From the NCBI GenBank assembly GCA_965222375.1, contig CBDCTZ010000014.1, positions 1,024,001 to 1,088,000 of the forward strand: a stretch of 64,000 bases of DNA, in the 5' to 3' direction. This DNA is from Polyangiaceae bacterium (GTDB lineage: Bacteria > Myxococcota_A > Polyangia > Polyangiales > Polyangiaceae). The notes under the pieces were generated by a model. That model was given only the letters and a program-made list of their open reading frames with translations. It was not told the DNA's origin and ran no database searches. Made by a program: the position numbers and the translations under genes. This document shows, in pieces, positions 30,124 to 39,386 of the stretch (position 1 is the first letter of the stretch; each line of letters starts with the position of its first letter).

Positions 30124-30179
30124 GGGACCTAGGTTAACCTGGCTGCGAAGCTCTCACGATCCAGGCTAAGCTCGCCGCG

Positions 30180-31811
30180 ATGATCGGCGCCCTTCTTGGC
30201 GGCATTGGCTTGTTCTTACTGGGCATGGTGCTCCTGACGGAGGGACTTCAGGCCCTGGCGGGAGACGGGCTGCGCAACGCCCTGCGTCGCCACACGGGGA
30301 CTCGCAGCTCGGCGATCCTGATGGGAACCGCAGCGACGGCCATGGTGCAGTCGTCCAGCGCGACAACCTTGGCGGCGATTGGCTTCGTCAATGCCGGCTT
30401 GCTCAAGCTGGGGCCGGCGATCGGCATCGTCTACGGCGCCAACCTTGGAACCACGGCGACCGCGTGGATTGTCGCGGCGGTGGGCCTGAAAGTGAAGATC
30501 GACGCTTTCGCGCTGCCCCTAGTCGGAATCGGTGCATTGCTGCGCCTGTTCACTCGCGGCGCACGTGCCGCCCTCGGCACTGCAATCGCCGGCTTCGGGT
30601 TGGTCTTCGTGGGTATCGGCATTCTGCAGGGGGGCATGCAGGATCTCGGAGAGCGCCTTGCCCCGTCGGCGGGTAGCGGCACGGGTGTTTTGGCGCTCCT
30701 GTTTTTGGTGTTGCTCGGGATCGTAATGACCGTCGTAATGCAGTCGTCGAGCGCTGCCGTCGCCACGACGCTTGCCGCGGTATCTGCCGGCACGATCACC
30801 TTGACCCAGGCCATGGCTCTGGTGGTAGGGCAGAACGTGGGTACGACGATCACGGCACTGATCGGCTGCATCGGAGGCTCCGCGGCCGCCAAGCGAACGG
30901 CATGGGCTCACGTCGTGTTCAACCTCGGCACCGGCGCGGTTGCCCTCGGACTGTTGCCCATGGTGGGCTTTGTCGTCCCGGATGACGCGAGCAAGTCTGA
31001 GCCCGCGCTGGTGCTGGCGGGCTTTCATTCGGTGTTCAATCTGATTGGCGTGCTGCTCTTCGCGCCTTGGACCTACGGCATGGCCAACTGGCTGGAGCGA
31101 CGCATTCCCGAGCGAGGCGCGGAGCTGACTCGACGCCTGACGCTGCGCTCGAAGAGGATCCCATCCACAGTGATCGAAGCCGCACGGCTGACCGTGGTGG
31201 ACATCTACGCGGAGGCCCTAGGTGTCGCGCGGCGCCTCTTGGAAGGGGAGACCAAGGAGGCGATCCTCGAGTCTCGGCGTGATGCGCTGCAGCACGCGCT
31301 GGTGGCGGTGAGAGAGCACCTGGCAGCGGTGCAGACGGACCCGGGATCTGCAACGGACTATCGGCATCACGTGGCTGTGCTGCATGCTGTGGATCACTTG
31401 CACCGCCTGGTTGAAGCTTACGGTGAGCAGCGGAACATGGTCGCGGCGCGCAGCTACGACGAGTCTGCGCGGATGGCCAGGGAGCTGGCCACGGAGCTCG
31501 TTGCTACGCGATCGTGGCTGGGGGCCCAAGAGCAGACTTCGCCGCCGGACCTGGGATTGGCTTCGCGCACGGTAGCTGGTGCCCGACGCGCCCAACGTCC
31601 GCGACTACTCGAGCGGGCAGCGGCAGGCGAGTTGGATTCGGAGATCATCGAACGCCGCCTCGAAGCCCTGCGTTGGGTCGATCGCATCGGCTATCACTCT
31701 TGGCGCACGATGCACCACCTGCTGGCCGCCGACCAGGAGCCGGAGGCGGAGCTGCCACCCGCGCCCGAATCCCGCGGCCGTCGCGGTCATGAGTCTCACG
31801 GGCTGAGCTGA
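30180..31811 (+). CDS. Na/Pi cotransporter family protein
   Basis: Two QSSSA repeats, GANLGTT and GQNVGTT. Confidence 0.9.
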   Translation: MIGALLGGIGLFLLGMVLLTEGLQALAGDGLRNALRRHTGTRSSAILMGTAATAMVQSSSATTLAAIGFVNAGLLKLGPAIGIVYGANLGTTATAWIVAAVGLKVKIDAFALPLVGIGALLRLFTRGARAALGTAIAGFGLVFVGIGILQGGMQDLGERLAPSAGSGTGVLALLFLVLLGIVMTVVMQSSSAAVATTLAAVSAGTITLTQAMALVVGQNVGTTITALIGCIGGSAAAKRTAWAHVVFNLGTGAVALGLLPMVGFVVPDDASKSEPALVLAGFHSVFNLIGVLLFAPWTYGMANWLERRIPERGAELTRRLTLRSKRIPSTVIEAARLTVVDIYAEALGVARRLLEGETKEAILESRRDALQHALVAVREHLAAVQTDPGSATDYRHHVAVLHAVDHLHRLVEAYGEQRNMVAARSYDESARMARELATELVATRSWLGAQEQTSPPDLGLASRTVAGARRAQRPRLLERAAAGELDSEIIERRLEALRWVDRIGYHSWRTMHHLLAADQEPEAELPPAPESRGRRGHESHGLS

Positions 31812-31861
31812 ACCCTCGAAGACGACGCAACGATGCCTGCAACCCCGTACACTCCCTTCGG

Positions 31862-31972
31862 TCCACCGTTGGGTCCGCGCGTCCCCCAGTACAAGTCGTT
31901 GCCCTGCAGCGAAAGAAACCGCGAAATGGGTTGGTCCGTTACCAGGTCCGTTGCGGTTCCGCCTGCCGTGGG
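31862..31972 (-). pseudogene. 37-aa internal fragment of a fourth beta-propeller paralog
   Basis: PTAGGTATDLVTDQPISRFLSLQGNDLYWGTRGPNGG vs PTMGGAASDLATNQPGARFLARYGDELYWGRDGTNGG. Confidence 0.75.
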
Positions 31973-32209
31973 GTGGGTCAAGGAGGATGAATCCTGGCGC
32001 ACTGTCGGCATGGTGCGCAACCTCCGTCCCAGGAGGGGCACGGTCCATGCGTCCCACATTCCGGGCCGTCGCGCCAGGGTGGCCCAGAGCGGGAGGCGCG
32101 GCCCCCTGGGAAACAGCGCTCGACCCCAAACAAACCCAGGCTAGCAGAGCGTTCGACTTCGCTTGTTCTTCGGACCCAACCCAGCTACTTCCGATCCCCG
32201 GAGGAACCT

Positions 32210-32968
32210 TTGGCTCAACCCAACCCAGTGCCCGCCCCGATGCCGGCCGGTGCCGCCCCGCCCGCGGCTGCTGGCGCGGCCCACGAGATCACTCATGGGC
32301 CGTCTTTTGCGATGTTGCGGGTCGACCTTGCGCCTGGACAAGCCCTGGTTGCGGAGGCGGGTAGCATGGTCGCGCGGCATCAGCCTGTCGGTATGGAAGT
32401 GAAGCTGAATGCCTCACCATCTGCCGGGCTCCTTGCGACCCTCAAAGCGATCATCATCGCCATCATTCGCAAGGTCGTTGGCGGTGAGACGTTCATCGTC
32501 AATCACTTCACCGCGCCGGGTGGTGGCAGCGTGTGGCTCGCGCCACAGATGGCGGGGCATGTGGTGCACCGTCAGTTGCAAGGTGAAACGCTGGTGCTCA
32601 GCGCCGGCGCCTACTTGGCTCATGTGGGCGACCTGAACATGGGGCTTCGCTTTGGTGGCCTCAAAGGGCTACTCGCCAAAGAGGGGGCGTTCTTCTTGGA
32701 GATCAGCGGGCACGGCGACCTTTGGTTCAACAGCTATGGCGGGATCGAAACCATCGATGTTCAGCAGCCTTTCATGATCGACAATGGGCACCTGGTTGGA
32801 TACGAAGGCAACCTGGACTTCAACATCAAGAGCGCTGGGGGCGGAATGATGGGCTTCATGGCTTCCGGGGAGGGCCTCGTGTGTGAATTCACCGGGCAGG
32901 GCAAGGTCTATGTGCAGAGCCGCAACTTGGATTCGCTGGTCAATTGGCTGACGCCGCTGATGCCCTGA
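32210..32968 (+). CDS. AIM24/TIGR00266 family protein
   Basis: AEAGSM, GGETF, IDNGHLV, SGEGLVCEF.GQGKVY.QSRN; RBS GGAGG. Confidence 0.9.
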   Translation: MAQPNPVPAPMPAGAAPPAAAGAAHEITHGPSFAMLRVDLAPGQALVAEAGSMVARHQPVGMEVKLNASPSAGLLATLKAIIIAIIRKVVGGETFIVNHFTAPGGGSVWLAPQMAGHVVHRQLQGETLVLSAGAYLAHVGDLNMGLRFGGLKGLLAKEGAFFLEISGHGDLWFNSYGGIETIDVQQPFMIDNGHLVGYEGNLDFNIKSAGGGMMGFMASGEGLVCEFTGQGKVYVQSRNLDSLVNWLTPLMP

Positions 32969-32978
32969 GGACGAAGCC

Positions 32979-33653
32979 ATGCAGATACAAGTCGATTACC
33001 GACCGGCACATTCTCTCGCCAAGGTTCAACTGGGGCCCGGCGAAAGTGTCGTTGCAGAGAGCGGTGCCATGGTGGGCATGACGCCGAGCGTGCAGATGCA
33101 GACCCAGTCCGGTGGGCTCATGAGCGGGCTGAAGCGGATGTTCGGCGGCGAGTCGTTCTTTCGCAACACCTTCACGGCGCCCGAGCAAGGCGGGGAAGTC
33201 CTGCTGGCCCACGCCTTGTGTGGCGACATGGCTGTGTTGGAAATGACCCCCGGCGGATACTTCGTCCAGAGTTCCAGCTTCATTGCCTCCACACCCAATG
33301 TGCAGATCGAAACCAAGGTTGGGGGCTTTCGGTCCTTCTTCGCTGGCGAGGGCGTGTTCATTCTACAGGCCAGCTGCCAAGGTCCCGGCACGATGCTGGT
33401 TGGTGCCTTTGGTGGGATCCAAGAACTCGTGTGTGACGGAAACATGGTCATCGACACCGGTCATCTGGTCGCTTGGGACACTTCCTTGACCTACAACGTG
33501 GGCAAGAGCGGCAGCGGCTGGGTGGCTTCGTTCTTGTCGGGTGAAGGCTTGGTTTGTCACTTCTCTGGCCAGGGGCGGATCTGGATTCAGACTCGAAACC
33601 CCGCCGAGTACGGTGGTGCAGTCGGCAAGCTCCTGCCACCGAGGGAGGGCTGA
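32979..33653 (+). CDS. AIM24/TIGR00266 family protein
   Basis: AESGAM, GGESFFRN, IDTGHLVAW, SGEGLVCHF. Confidence 0.9.
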   Translation: MQIQVDYRPAHSLAKVQLGPGESVVAESGAMVGMTPSVQMQTQSGGLMSGLKRMFGGESFFRNTFTAPEQGGEVLLAHALCGDMAVLEMTPGGYFVQSSSFIASTPNVQIETKVGGFRSFFAGEGVFILQASCQGPGTMLVGAFGGIQELVCDGNMVIDTGHLVAWDTSLTYNVGKSGSGWVASFLSGEGLVCHFSGQGRIWIQTRNPAEYGGAVGKLLPPREG

Positions 33654-33657
33654 GACC

Positions 33658-34338
33658 GTGCAATACGACATCCTCGAGAAACCCGACTTTTCCTTGGTGC
33701 GAGTGGTCTTTTCTCAGCCCGGTGAGCAGATGCTCGCCGAGAGCGCGGCCATGGTGGCCAAGGACAGCGCCATGGAGATGAAGACGCAGATGCAAGGGGG
33801 GCTGTTGGGTGCCGCGAAGCGCAAGCTGCTTGGGGGCGAGAGCATCTTTCAGAACACCTTCACTGCAACTGCTCCCGGGCAGCAGCTTTGGCTCGCCCCC
33901 GGTCCCGAGGGGGACGTGGAAGTCGTCGAGATGGACGGCCAGACACCTCTGTATCTGTCGTCAGGGGCATTTTTGGCTAGCGCTCCTACGGTTCAGTTGG
34001 ACACCAAGTGGCATGGCGCCAAAGGTTTCTTCAGTGGCGCGGGGCTTTTCTTACTGATGGCCCAAGGCACCGGCCCGTTGTTCTTCTGCGCCTACGGCGG
34101 CATCCACGCCATCGACGTTCCTCCGGACGGCTACGTCGTGGACACCACACACATCGTCGGCTTTTCCGGCGGCTTGAACTACCAGGTGAAGAAGGTCGGG
34201 GGCATGAAGAGCCTGTTCTTTTCCGGCGAAGGGTTGGTGTGTCACTTCAGCGGTCAAGGTCGGCTGTGGCTGTCGACCCGCAACCCCGGGAGCTTGGCGA
34301 GCTTCCTGCAGCCCTTCCGGCCGGTGAGTTCGAACTAG
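33658..34338 (+). CDS. AIM24/TIGR00266 family protein
   Basis: AESAAM, GGESIFQN, VDTTHIVGF, SGEGLVCHF. Confidence 0.9.
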   Translation: MQYDILEKPDFSLVRVVFSQPGEQMLAESAAMVAKDSAMEMKTQMQGGLLGAAKRKLLGGESIFQNTFTATAPGQQLWLAPGPEGDVEVVEMDGQTPLYLSSGAFLASAPTVQLDTKWHGAKGFFSGAGLFLLMAQGTGPLFFCAYGGIHAIDVPPDGYVVDTTHIVGFSGGLNYQVKKVGGMKSLFFSGEGLVCHFSGQGRLWLSTRNPGSLASFLQPFRPVSSN

Positions 34339-34854
34339 CTACTCGGGCTTCAACTTGAGGGGCGCGGTGACGCTGAAGAAGCTGCCGTCCATGAGGGCGG
34401 CGTAGGACAGTTTCTTGAACGCCTCGAGCATGCACTGCACGACCTCGGGGTCGTCGAGGGCGGCGTGCACCAAGTTCAACTCGTAAATGCTTCCGTCACG
34501 GTTGAGGATCACACGGACATCCAGGCTTCCGGCTAGTGCTGGGTTTCGACTTAGGCCCCGGGCGTAGCACTGCCGAAAGTGCGACTTGCCCGCCTCGAAG
34601 GTTGCCACGAAGGACTTGCTCGCCGCCTTGGAAGAAGCTTCGGAAAGCCCCTCGCCGCCAGTCATCATCGCGGCGCCCAGGCGGATGTTGCCAGCCTCTG
34701 GGGGTGGGGGAGCGGGCTCCGGGGGCGTGGGCTCGCCCGGCATGTCCTCGCCGTAGTCCATCGGAGGTGGAGGGGGCTTCTTCGGGGGCGGAGAGGGGCA
34801 AGCGACCAGCACTGCGGCGCAGGAGCAGGACAGCAAAAGGCGACCAATCGTCAT
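34339..34854 (-). CDS. Lipoprotein with AgmX/PglI-type (TonB C-terminal-like) domain
   Basis: Lipobox LVAC, Pro-rich linker, FRQCY...NPALAG...VVQCM. Confidence 0.75.
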   Translation of the reverse strand: MTIGRLLLSCSCAAVLVACPSPPPKKPPPPPMDYGEDMPGEPTPPEPAPPPPEAGNIRLGAAMMTGGEGLSEASSKAASKSFVATFEAGKSHFRQCYARGLSRNPALAGSLDVRVILNRDGSIYELNLVHAALDDPEVVQCMLEAFKKLSYAALMDGSFFSVTAPLKLKPE

Positions 34855-34899
34855 GCTGCCGACCGCAACACAGCTTTCGCCGGCGTACAACGCCCAGTT

Positions 34900-36483
34900 T
34901 CAGCGACAAGCTTGTACGCGGCGCGGTTCTTCCGAACGAGAGCAAGAAAGGGTGCCTTCTTCGCAGGCGCTGAGCCACTTGCCCTGCGCACCGCACTCCG
35001 GGACCTGGCCTTGCCAACCGACGTCGGCCCAGCATTTGGTCACGATCCCCAAGGTCGTGATCGACCGGCAGCCCTCGGTGACGACGCTGTCCTTCTGCGT
35101 GCTACGGCCATCACAGTCGTAGTCAAACTTCTTGTCACCGCGATGTTGTGAGAAGTAGTGCTCCTGCCCCGGGTGGGCTTCGGGGTTCTGGTCGTAGCAA
35201 TCCAATCCGTTGGCCACATAGCCTGGGGGTTGGGTTTCGCTGCGCTTCGACGCCTTGGGGTTTCCATAGCCATCGCGATCGAGATCTTTGAACCATTTTG
35301 GGTCAGCGCACGGCAGGGCGTACTTGTTGGCCAGCTCGCCAATGCGGCGCTCCACCGGTGACAACAGATCTACTAGGAGCGCGTGGACTTTGCTGTCTTT
35401 GGCTGAACTGCCGAGGACGGATTCCACGAGCTTGCGGCTCTGACAGAGCTTGGCGCTGGGTTTCTTCTTGTGCAGCTCCTTGGCGAGGCCTTCCACGGCG
35501 TCCAGGGACGAGAGCAACGCGCCGCGCTCTGCGTCGGAAAAGCCGCCCTTGCCCACGAGCAGGCGGATCTTGGCTGCCTGCTCCGCCGCCGACTTCAGAT
35601 CTCGGGCGCCCACGGTGCCGAGGGAGAAATCTGAGAGGCTGTGCAGAGCCTGCTTGCGAGCGCGGGTTTGGCTAACCAGCTGACAAGTCTTGGCCTGCGC
35701 AAAGGCTGGCGCCGCGGGCTCGAGCAGGGCCGCAACGTTGAGCTTCTCCGCGGCTCGGAGCACGAGCTTGCCGGTCTTTGATCGCTTTTTGTCCAGCCCA
35801 AAGCGCGCCGCGCCGACTCCGACGTCGAGCTGGTTTTCGCTGAGCTGCTTTGCGGAGACAGTCACGACCACCGTCGCGGCGAGCACCTTCGCTGTGTAGG
35901 ACAAGGCTGCGCCACTCTCGTCGCAGAACGTATCGATGCACGCTTCCAAGGAGCGTCGCAGCTCGCTGCCCTCAGCGGTCTCCACATACTGTTGGCGCAA
36001 GATCTCCGCCACGCTCGGCAGCACTCGCAGTTCGGCATCCTCCAATCGAACGCTGATGCGAGCGGTATCCACCTTCGCGTTCTTAGTGGCGAGGCGAGGT
36101 GCCCAGGGGCCCAAGAAGGCAAGATCGATCTTGCCGCCAACACCGGTTTTCTGCACGGCCTCGTAGTCGAAACTCAGGGCAGCGGCGGGGCGCACGGATA
36201 GGCGCAGCCGCGACGCCGCATCGGCGTTGCCGCCGAAACACGCGTTTTCGAAATCCGAACGCTCTGGATTGCGATCCGGGCCGAAGAAGCCGGTCACCAG
36301 GAAGTTCGGGACGTTGAGGCAACGAAAGGACCCCATGTCGCCGGCGGCAGCTTCAATTGCGGTGCACCAGGACGGGAGGGACACCGAGTCGGCAGCTGTT
36401 TCGGTAGTGCTAGGGCTTGCCGTAGGACCCGCGGCTGGGGCGCAGGCGCAGAGGGCAAGCGCAAGAGAAAGCGAGCAGCGCAT
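34900..36483 (-). CDS. Lipoprotein with C-terminal Asp/Cys-rich putative metal-binding repeat
   Basis: Lipobox LCAC, WFKDLDRDGYG...DCYD.NP.AHPG...FDYDCDG. Confidence 0.65.
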   Translation of the reverse strand: MRCSLSLALALCACAPAAGPTASPSTTETAADSVSLPSWCTAIEAAAGDMGSFRCLNVPNFLVTGFFGPDRNPERSDFENACFGGNADAASRLRLSVRPAAALSFDYEAVQKTGVGGKIDLAFLGPWAPRLATKNAKVDTARISVRLEDAELRVLPSVAEILRQQYVETAEGSELRRSLEACIDTFCDESGAALSYTAKVLAATVVVTVSAKQLSENQLDVGVGAARFGLDKKRSKTGKLVLRAAEKLNVAALLEPAAPAFAQAKTCQLVSQTRARKQALHSLSDFSLGTVGARDLKSAAEQAAKIRLLVGKGGFSDAERGALLSSLDAVEGLAKELHKKKPSAKLCQSRKLVESVLGSSAKDSKVHALLVDLLSPVERRIGELANKYALPCADPKWFKDLDRDGYGNPKASKRSETQPPGYVANGLDCYDQNPEAHPGQEHYFSQHRGDKKFDYDCDGRSTQKDSVVTEGCRSITTLGIVTKCWADVGWQGQVPECGAQGKWLSACEEGTLSCSRSEEPRRVQACR

Positions 36484-36603
36484 GTGTGCTGACGGCAAGA
36501 TGTGCCGACCGCGTGGCCGCGTCAAATCCGACCCTTGCTCTACGCAACGGCCTCCCCTACGGTTCGCCCTCTGGCCCGCCCGGTCGAAAGGAGACCAACG
36601 TCA

Positions 36604-36924
36604 ATGGCTGATAAGGTTCGCGCTTCCCACATTCTGCTGATGTACGCTGGGTCGGCGAGGTCGACTGCGACGAGAACGAAGGAAGAGGCCCAGACCCTGA
36701 TCGCGCAGCTCAAGAGGCAGATCGACTCGGGAACGGACTTCGAGCAGCTGGCTCGCGAGCATTCGGACTGCCCTTCCGGCAAGTCGGGTGGGGATCTCGG
36801 TGACTTTGGGCGCGGTCAAATGGTGCCGCCCTTCGAGCAGGCGGCCTTTTCCATGGAGGTAGGCTCAACCAGTGACGTGGTGGAAACCGACTTCGGCTAC
36901 CACCTCATTCGCCGCACGGGTTGA
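36604..36924 (+). CDS. Parvulin-type peptidyl-prolyl isomerase
   Basis: VRASHIL, SDCPSG..GGDLG.F.RGQMV..FE.AAF, ETDFGYHLI. Confidence 0.93.
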   Translation: MADKVRASHILLMYAGSARSTATRTKEEAQTLIAQLKRQIDSGTDFEQLAREHSDCPSGKSGGDLGDFGRGQMVPPFEQAAFSMEVGSTSDVVETDFGYHLIRRTG

Positions 36925-36948
36925 GACTCGAGGCAAGGTCCGGGGAGC

Positions 36949-37797
36949 ATGGCAGAGCCAATTCGCATTGCCACAGTCCCGGGTGCCGCGACCACGTCCG
37001 GTCGCACGAGCACTGCCGCCATCATCCAGATGCGGCAGAGCTTCTTTGCGCAGGCGCTTGGGCGCTACCTGGGTCTGCCCACGGAGATGACCACGGTTCC
37101 TGACTACCTGGAACTCGGTGGAAGAGTCGCGATTGGCGAGATCCACCTGGCTTGGGCGCCACCCGTGGCGGCCTACCGACTGCTTGTCCAGAGCCAAGGG
37201 GTCGCGCTGGTCTTGCCCGTTCGCATGGGAAGCTGTTCCTTCAGCAGTGCGTTGTTCAGCCGCCCGGACGATCCCCGCAGCCAGCTATCCCAACTGTCCG
37301 GGGCGCGGGCGGCTTGGGTCGATCCAGTCAGTGCGGCGGGGTACCTGGTCGTTCGGGCGGGCCTGCGCGCCGCAGGTTGGGTTCCGGAGCAGGTCTTCTC
37401 TGAACAGAGCTTCTTCGGTTCCCATTCCGATGTGGTCGGGGCAGTGCTGGAGGAGCGGGCGGATGTCGGTGCGACCTATTTGCATCGGGACCAAAAGGGA
37501 GAGGTTGCTCGGGCCGGATGGGGCGATGCGGCAGTACAGATCCTCATGGAACACGGTCCGGTTCCCTCGGATGCTCTGGTCGCGGGCAACCACCTGTCAC
37601 CAGAGCTGATGAACAAAATCCGGTCCGGCCTCGTCGACACTCCAGACCTGGCGCTCGTCGCAGCTGCCCGGGAACTGTTCGAAGCCGAGTCATTCGTGAG
37701 CGCTGAGCCATCACATTTTCAGATCTTGGACCGATTCATCCCCTACCTGGACGAGGACGACCGTCAGCGCGTGTCGTCCATCCCTCCCCCCCGCTAG
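36949..37797 (+). CDS. PhnD-like substrate-binding-fold protein without signal peptide
   Basis: AWVDP.SAAGYL, GSH..VV.AV....ADVGAT, PSDALV. Confidence 0.75.
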   Translation: MAEPIRIATVPGAATTSGRTSTAAIIQMRQSFFAQALGRYLGLPTEMTTVPDYLELGGRVAIGEIHLAWAPPVAAYRLLVQSQGVALVLPVRMGSCSFSSALFSRPDDPRSQLSQLSGARAAWVDPVSAAGYLVVRAGLRAAGWVPEQVFSEQSFFGSHSDVVGAVLEERADVGATYLHRDQKGEVARAGWGDAAVQILMEHGPVPSDALVAGNHLSPELMNKIRSGLVDTPDLALVAAARELFEAESFVSAEPSHFQILDRFIPYLDEDDRQRVSSIPPPR

Positions 37798-37835
37798 CGC
37801 GGTCCTCGACAACCCGAGTATATTTCGAGCAAGCC

Positions 37836-38279
37836 ATGAAAGCCTTTGGATCCCGTCGCTGGATGCTATTCGTCTTCGCTCTCGCCGCGCTGGGCTGCGG
37901 GGGGCGTCAAGACAAGCCGGTGGACGAGGCCGCCCAGGCGCGTCAGTACGCGAACCAACGGCTGACTGGGCGCTGGTTGCTGGTCAACTTCCAACCCGAG
38001 GTGAACTTAGAGCCGATGTTGGGGGCTCTGCTCGCCGCACAGATGAACCAATTGGTGGTCACGTTTCAGGCGCCTCAAATGCATGCAAGAGGGGTCGGGG
38101 TCGATACGGTTCGGCGTTACAAGGTCGTAGACGCCCTCGGCGCCCGCGTCGCCATTCGTACGGTGGACGATAGCGGTGCGACTTACGACGCCGTCGGCGA
38201 GTTCCGAGGCCAAGACCTATTCTTCGAGTCCCGGACGATTCCATGGCGCGGGCGTGGTGTGCTTCGTCGGCTGCCCTGA
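37836..38279 (+). CDS. Hypothetical lipoprotein
   Basis: Lipobox ALGC, beta-rich domain. Confidence 0.65.
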   Translation: MKAFGSRRWMLFVFALAALGCGGRQDKPVDEAAQARQYANQRLTGRWLLVNFQPEVNLEPMLGALLAAQMNQLVVTFQAPQMHARGVGVDTVRRYKVVDALGARVAIRTVDDSGATYDAVGEFRGQDLFFESRTIPWRGRGVLRRLP

Positions 38280-38289
38280 TTGAGATGGG

Positions 38290-38634
38290 CTACTGCTTCT
38301 TCTTGGCGACGCCGAGAGTCTCCAAGCGTTTCAGCGCGCGCTCCATCTCTTCATCCGTGTCCTCGAACTCCAAGGCAATGCGGTGGGGCCACATGCCGTC
38401 CGGGTCCTCCTGGTTCTTCTCGACGCGGACGACGCGGCCGCGGATTTCCCGCTCCTCGCTGGAGTCTGGAGGGAGCTGTACCTTGACGGTCAGCTCCGCA
38501 CCGACTTCGAGTTTGCTGGCGCTCACCATCAGCAGGCCCCGAGCACTCACGTCATGACCGACCGCGACGCCTTCCTCCAGCTGCGCCACCTGCACAGGGA
38601 GCCAAATCGTGTACCTCTGAAAGCGGCGCTCCAC
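38290..38634 (-). CDS. PilZ domain protein
   Basis: RRFQR and DVSARG motifs. Confidence 0.85.
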   Translation of the reverse strand: MERRFQRYTIWLPVQVAQLEEGVAVGHDVSARGLLMVSASKLEVGAELTVKVQLPPDSSEEREIRGRVVRVEKNQEDPDGMWPHRIALEFEDTDEEMERALKRLETLGVAKKKQ

Positions 38635-38686
38635 GCACTTCAGGATAGCTTGCTCTCGCGTTGAAGAAAATTCCCCGGAAGCCTTT

Positions 38687-39373
38687 GTGAGCGAAACCCC
38701 TGAAGCCCCAGCCTTGCCGTCAGCTCGCGAACGCCGGCGCCGTCGTTATGTTCTAACGGCGCTGCTGGTGCCCATTGGGCTGACCGCAGCTGCGACTTTC
38801 ACGGGCACGGCGCTGGCGCCACGGTTGCTCGTCGATGCGCCGCTCTTGTTGGTCGCGCTCAATCCGGTATCCCGTCACCTGATACTTGCGTCGACGGCGA
38901 CGGATTGGCTTCCCTTCGTGCTGGTTGCCGTCGGTCGCTTGTTCTTCCCGGATCCGTTCTACTTCGCGATCGGCAGACTCTGGGGGCAAGATGCCATCAG
39001 TTGGATCGAGCGTCGCCTGGGCGGTGCTGGGCGTTGGGTGCGCACCGTCGAACGCATGTTTAGCAAGGCGGGCTGGCTCGTGTTGATGTTGGCTCCGGTG
39101 GGCTTCATCTGTGTGCTCGCGGGCGCATCGAAGATGTCCACGCGCCTGTTCGTGTCGCTGAACTTGGCTGCGACTCTCACCTGGGCGCTGGCGGTCCGCC
39201 AACTAGGAGACGTGCTCGAGCGCCCCATCAACGTCGTACGGGACTTCGTCGCCGACAATGTCGTCGCGTTGACTATCGTCTCCTTCGTTCTGGTCGCAGC
39301 TCAGCTTTACGCTCGGAGCCGTCGCGGGCGCCGGGGCCGGAGGGCACAGTTTCGGGACGAGGATCTCTCCTGA
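38687..39373 (+). CDS. DedA/VTT-like membrane protein
   Basis: TM helices, DPFYFAIGRLWG, LAGASKM...F..LN. Confidence 0.7.
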   Translation: MSETPEAPALPSARERRRRRYVLTALLVPIGLTAAATFTGTALAPRLLVDAPLLLVALNPVSRHLILASTATDWLPFVLVAVGRLFFPDPFYFAIGRLWGQDAISWIERRLGGAGRWVRTVERMFSKAGWLVLMLAPVGFICVLAGASKMSTRLFVSLNLAATLTWALAVRQLGDVLERPINVVRDFVADNVVALTIVSFVLVAAQLYARSRRGRRGRRAQFRDEDLS

Positions 39374-39386
39374 CCCAGCGCCGGGC

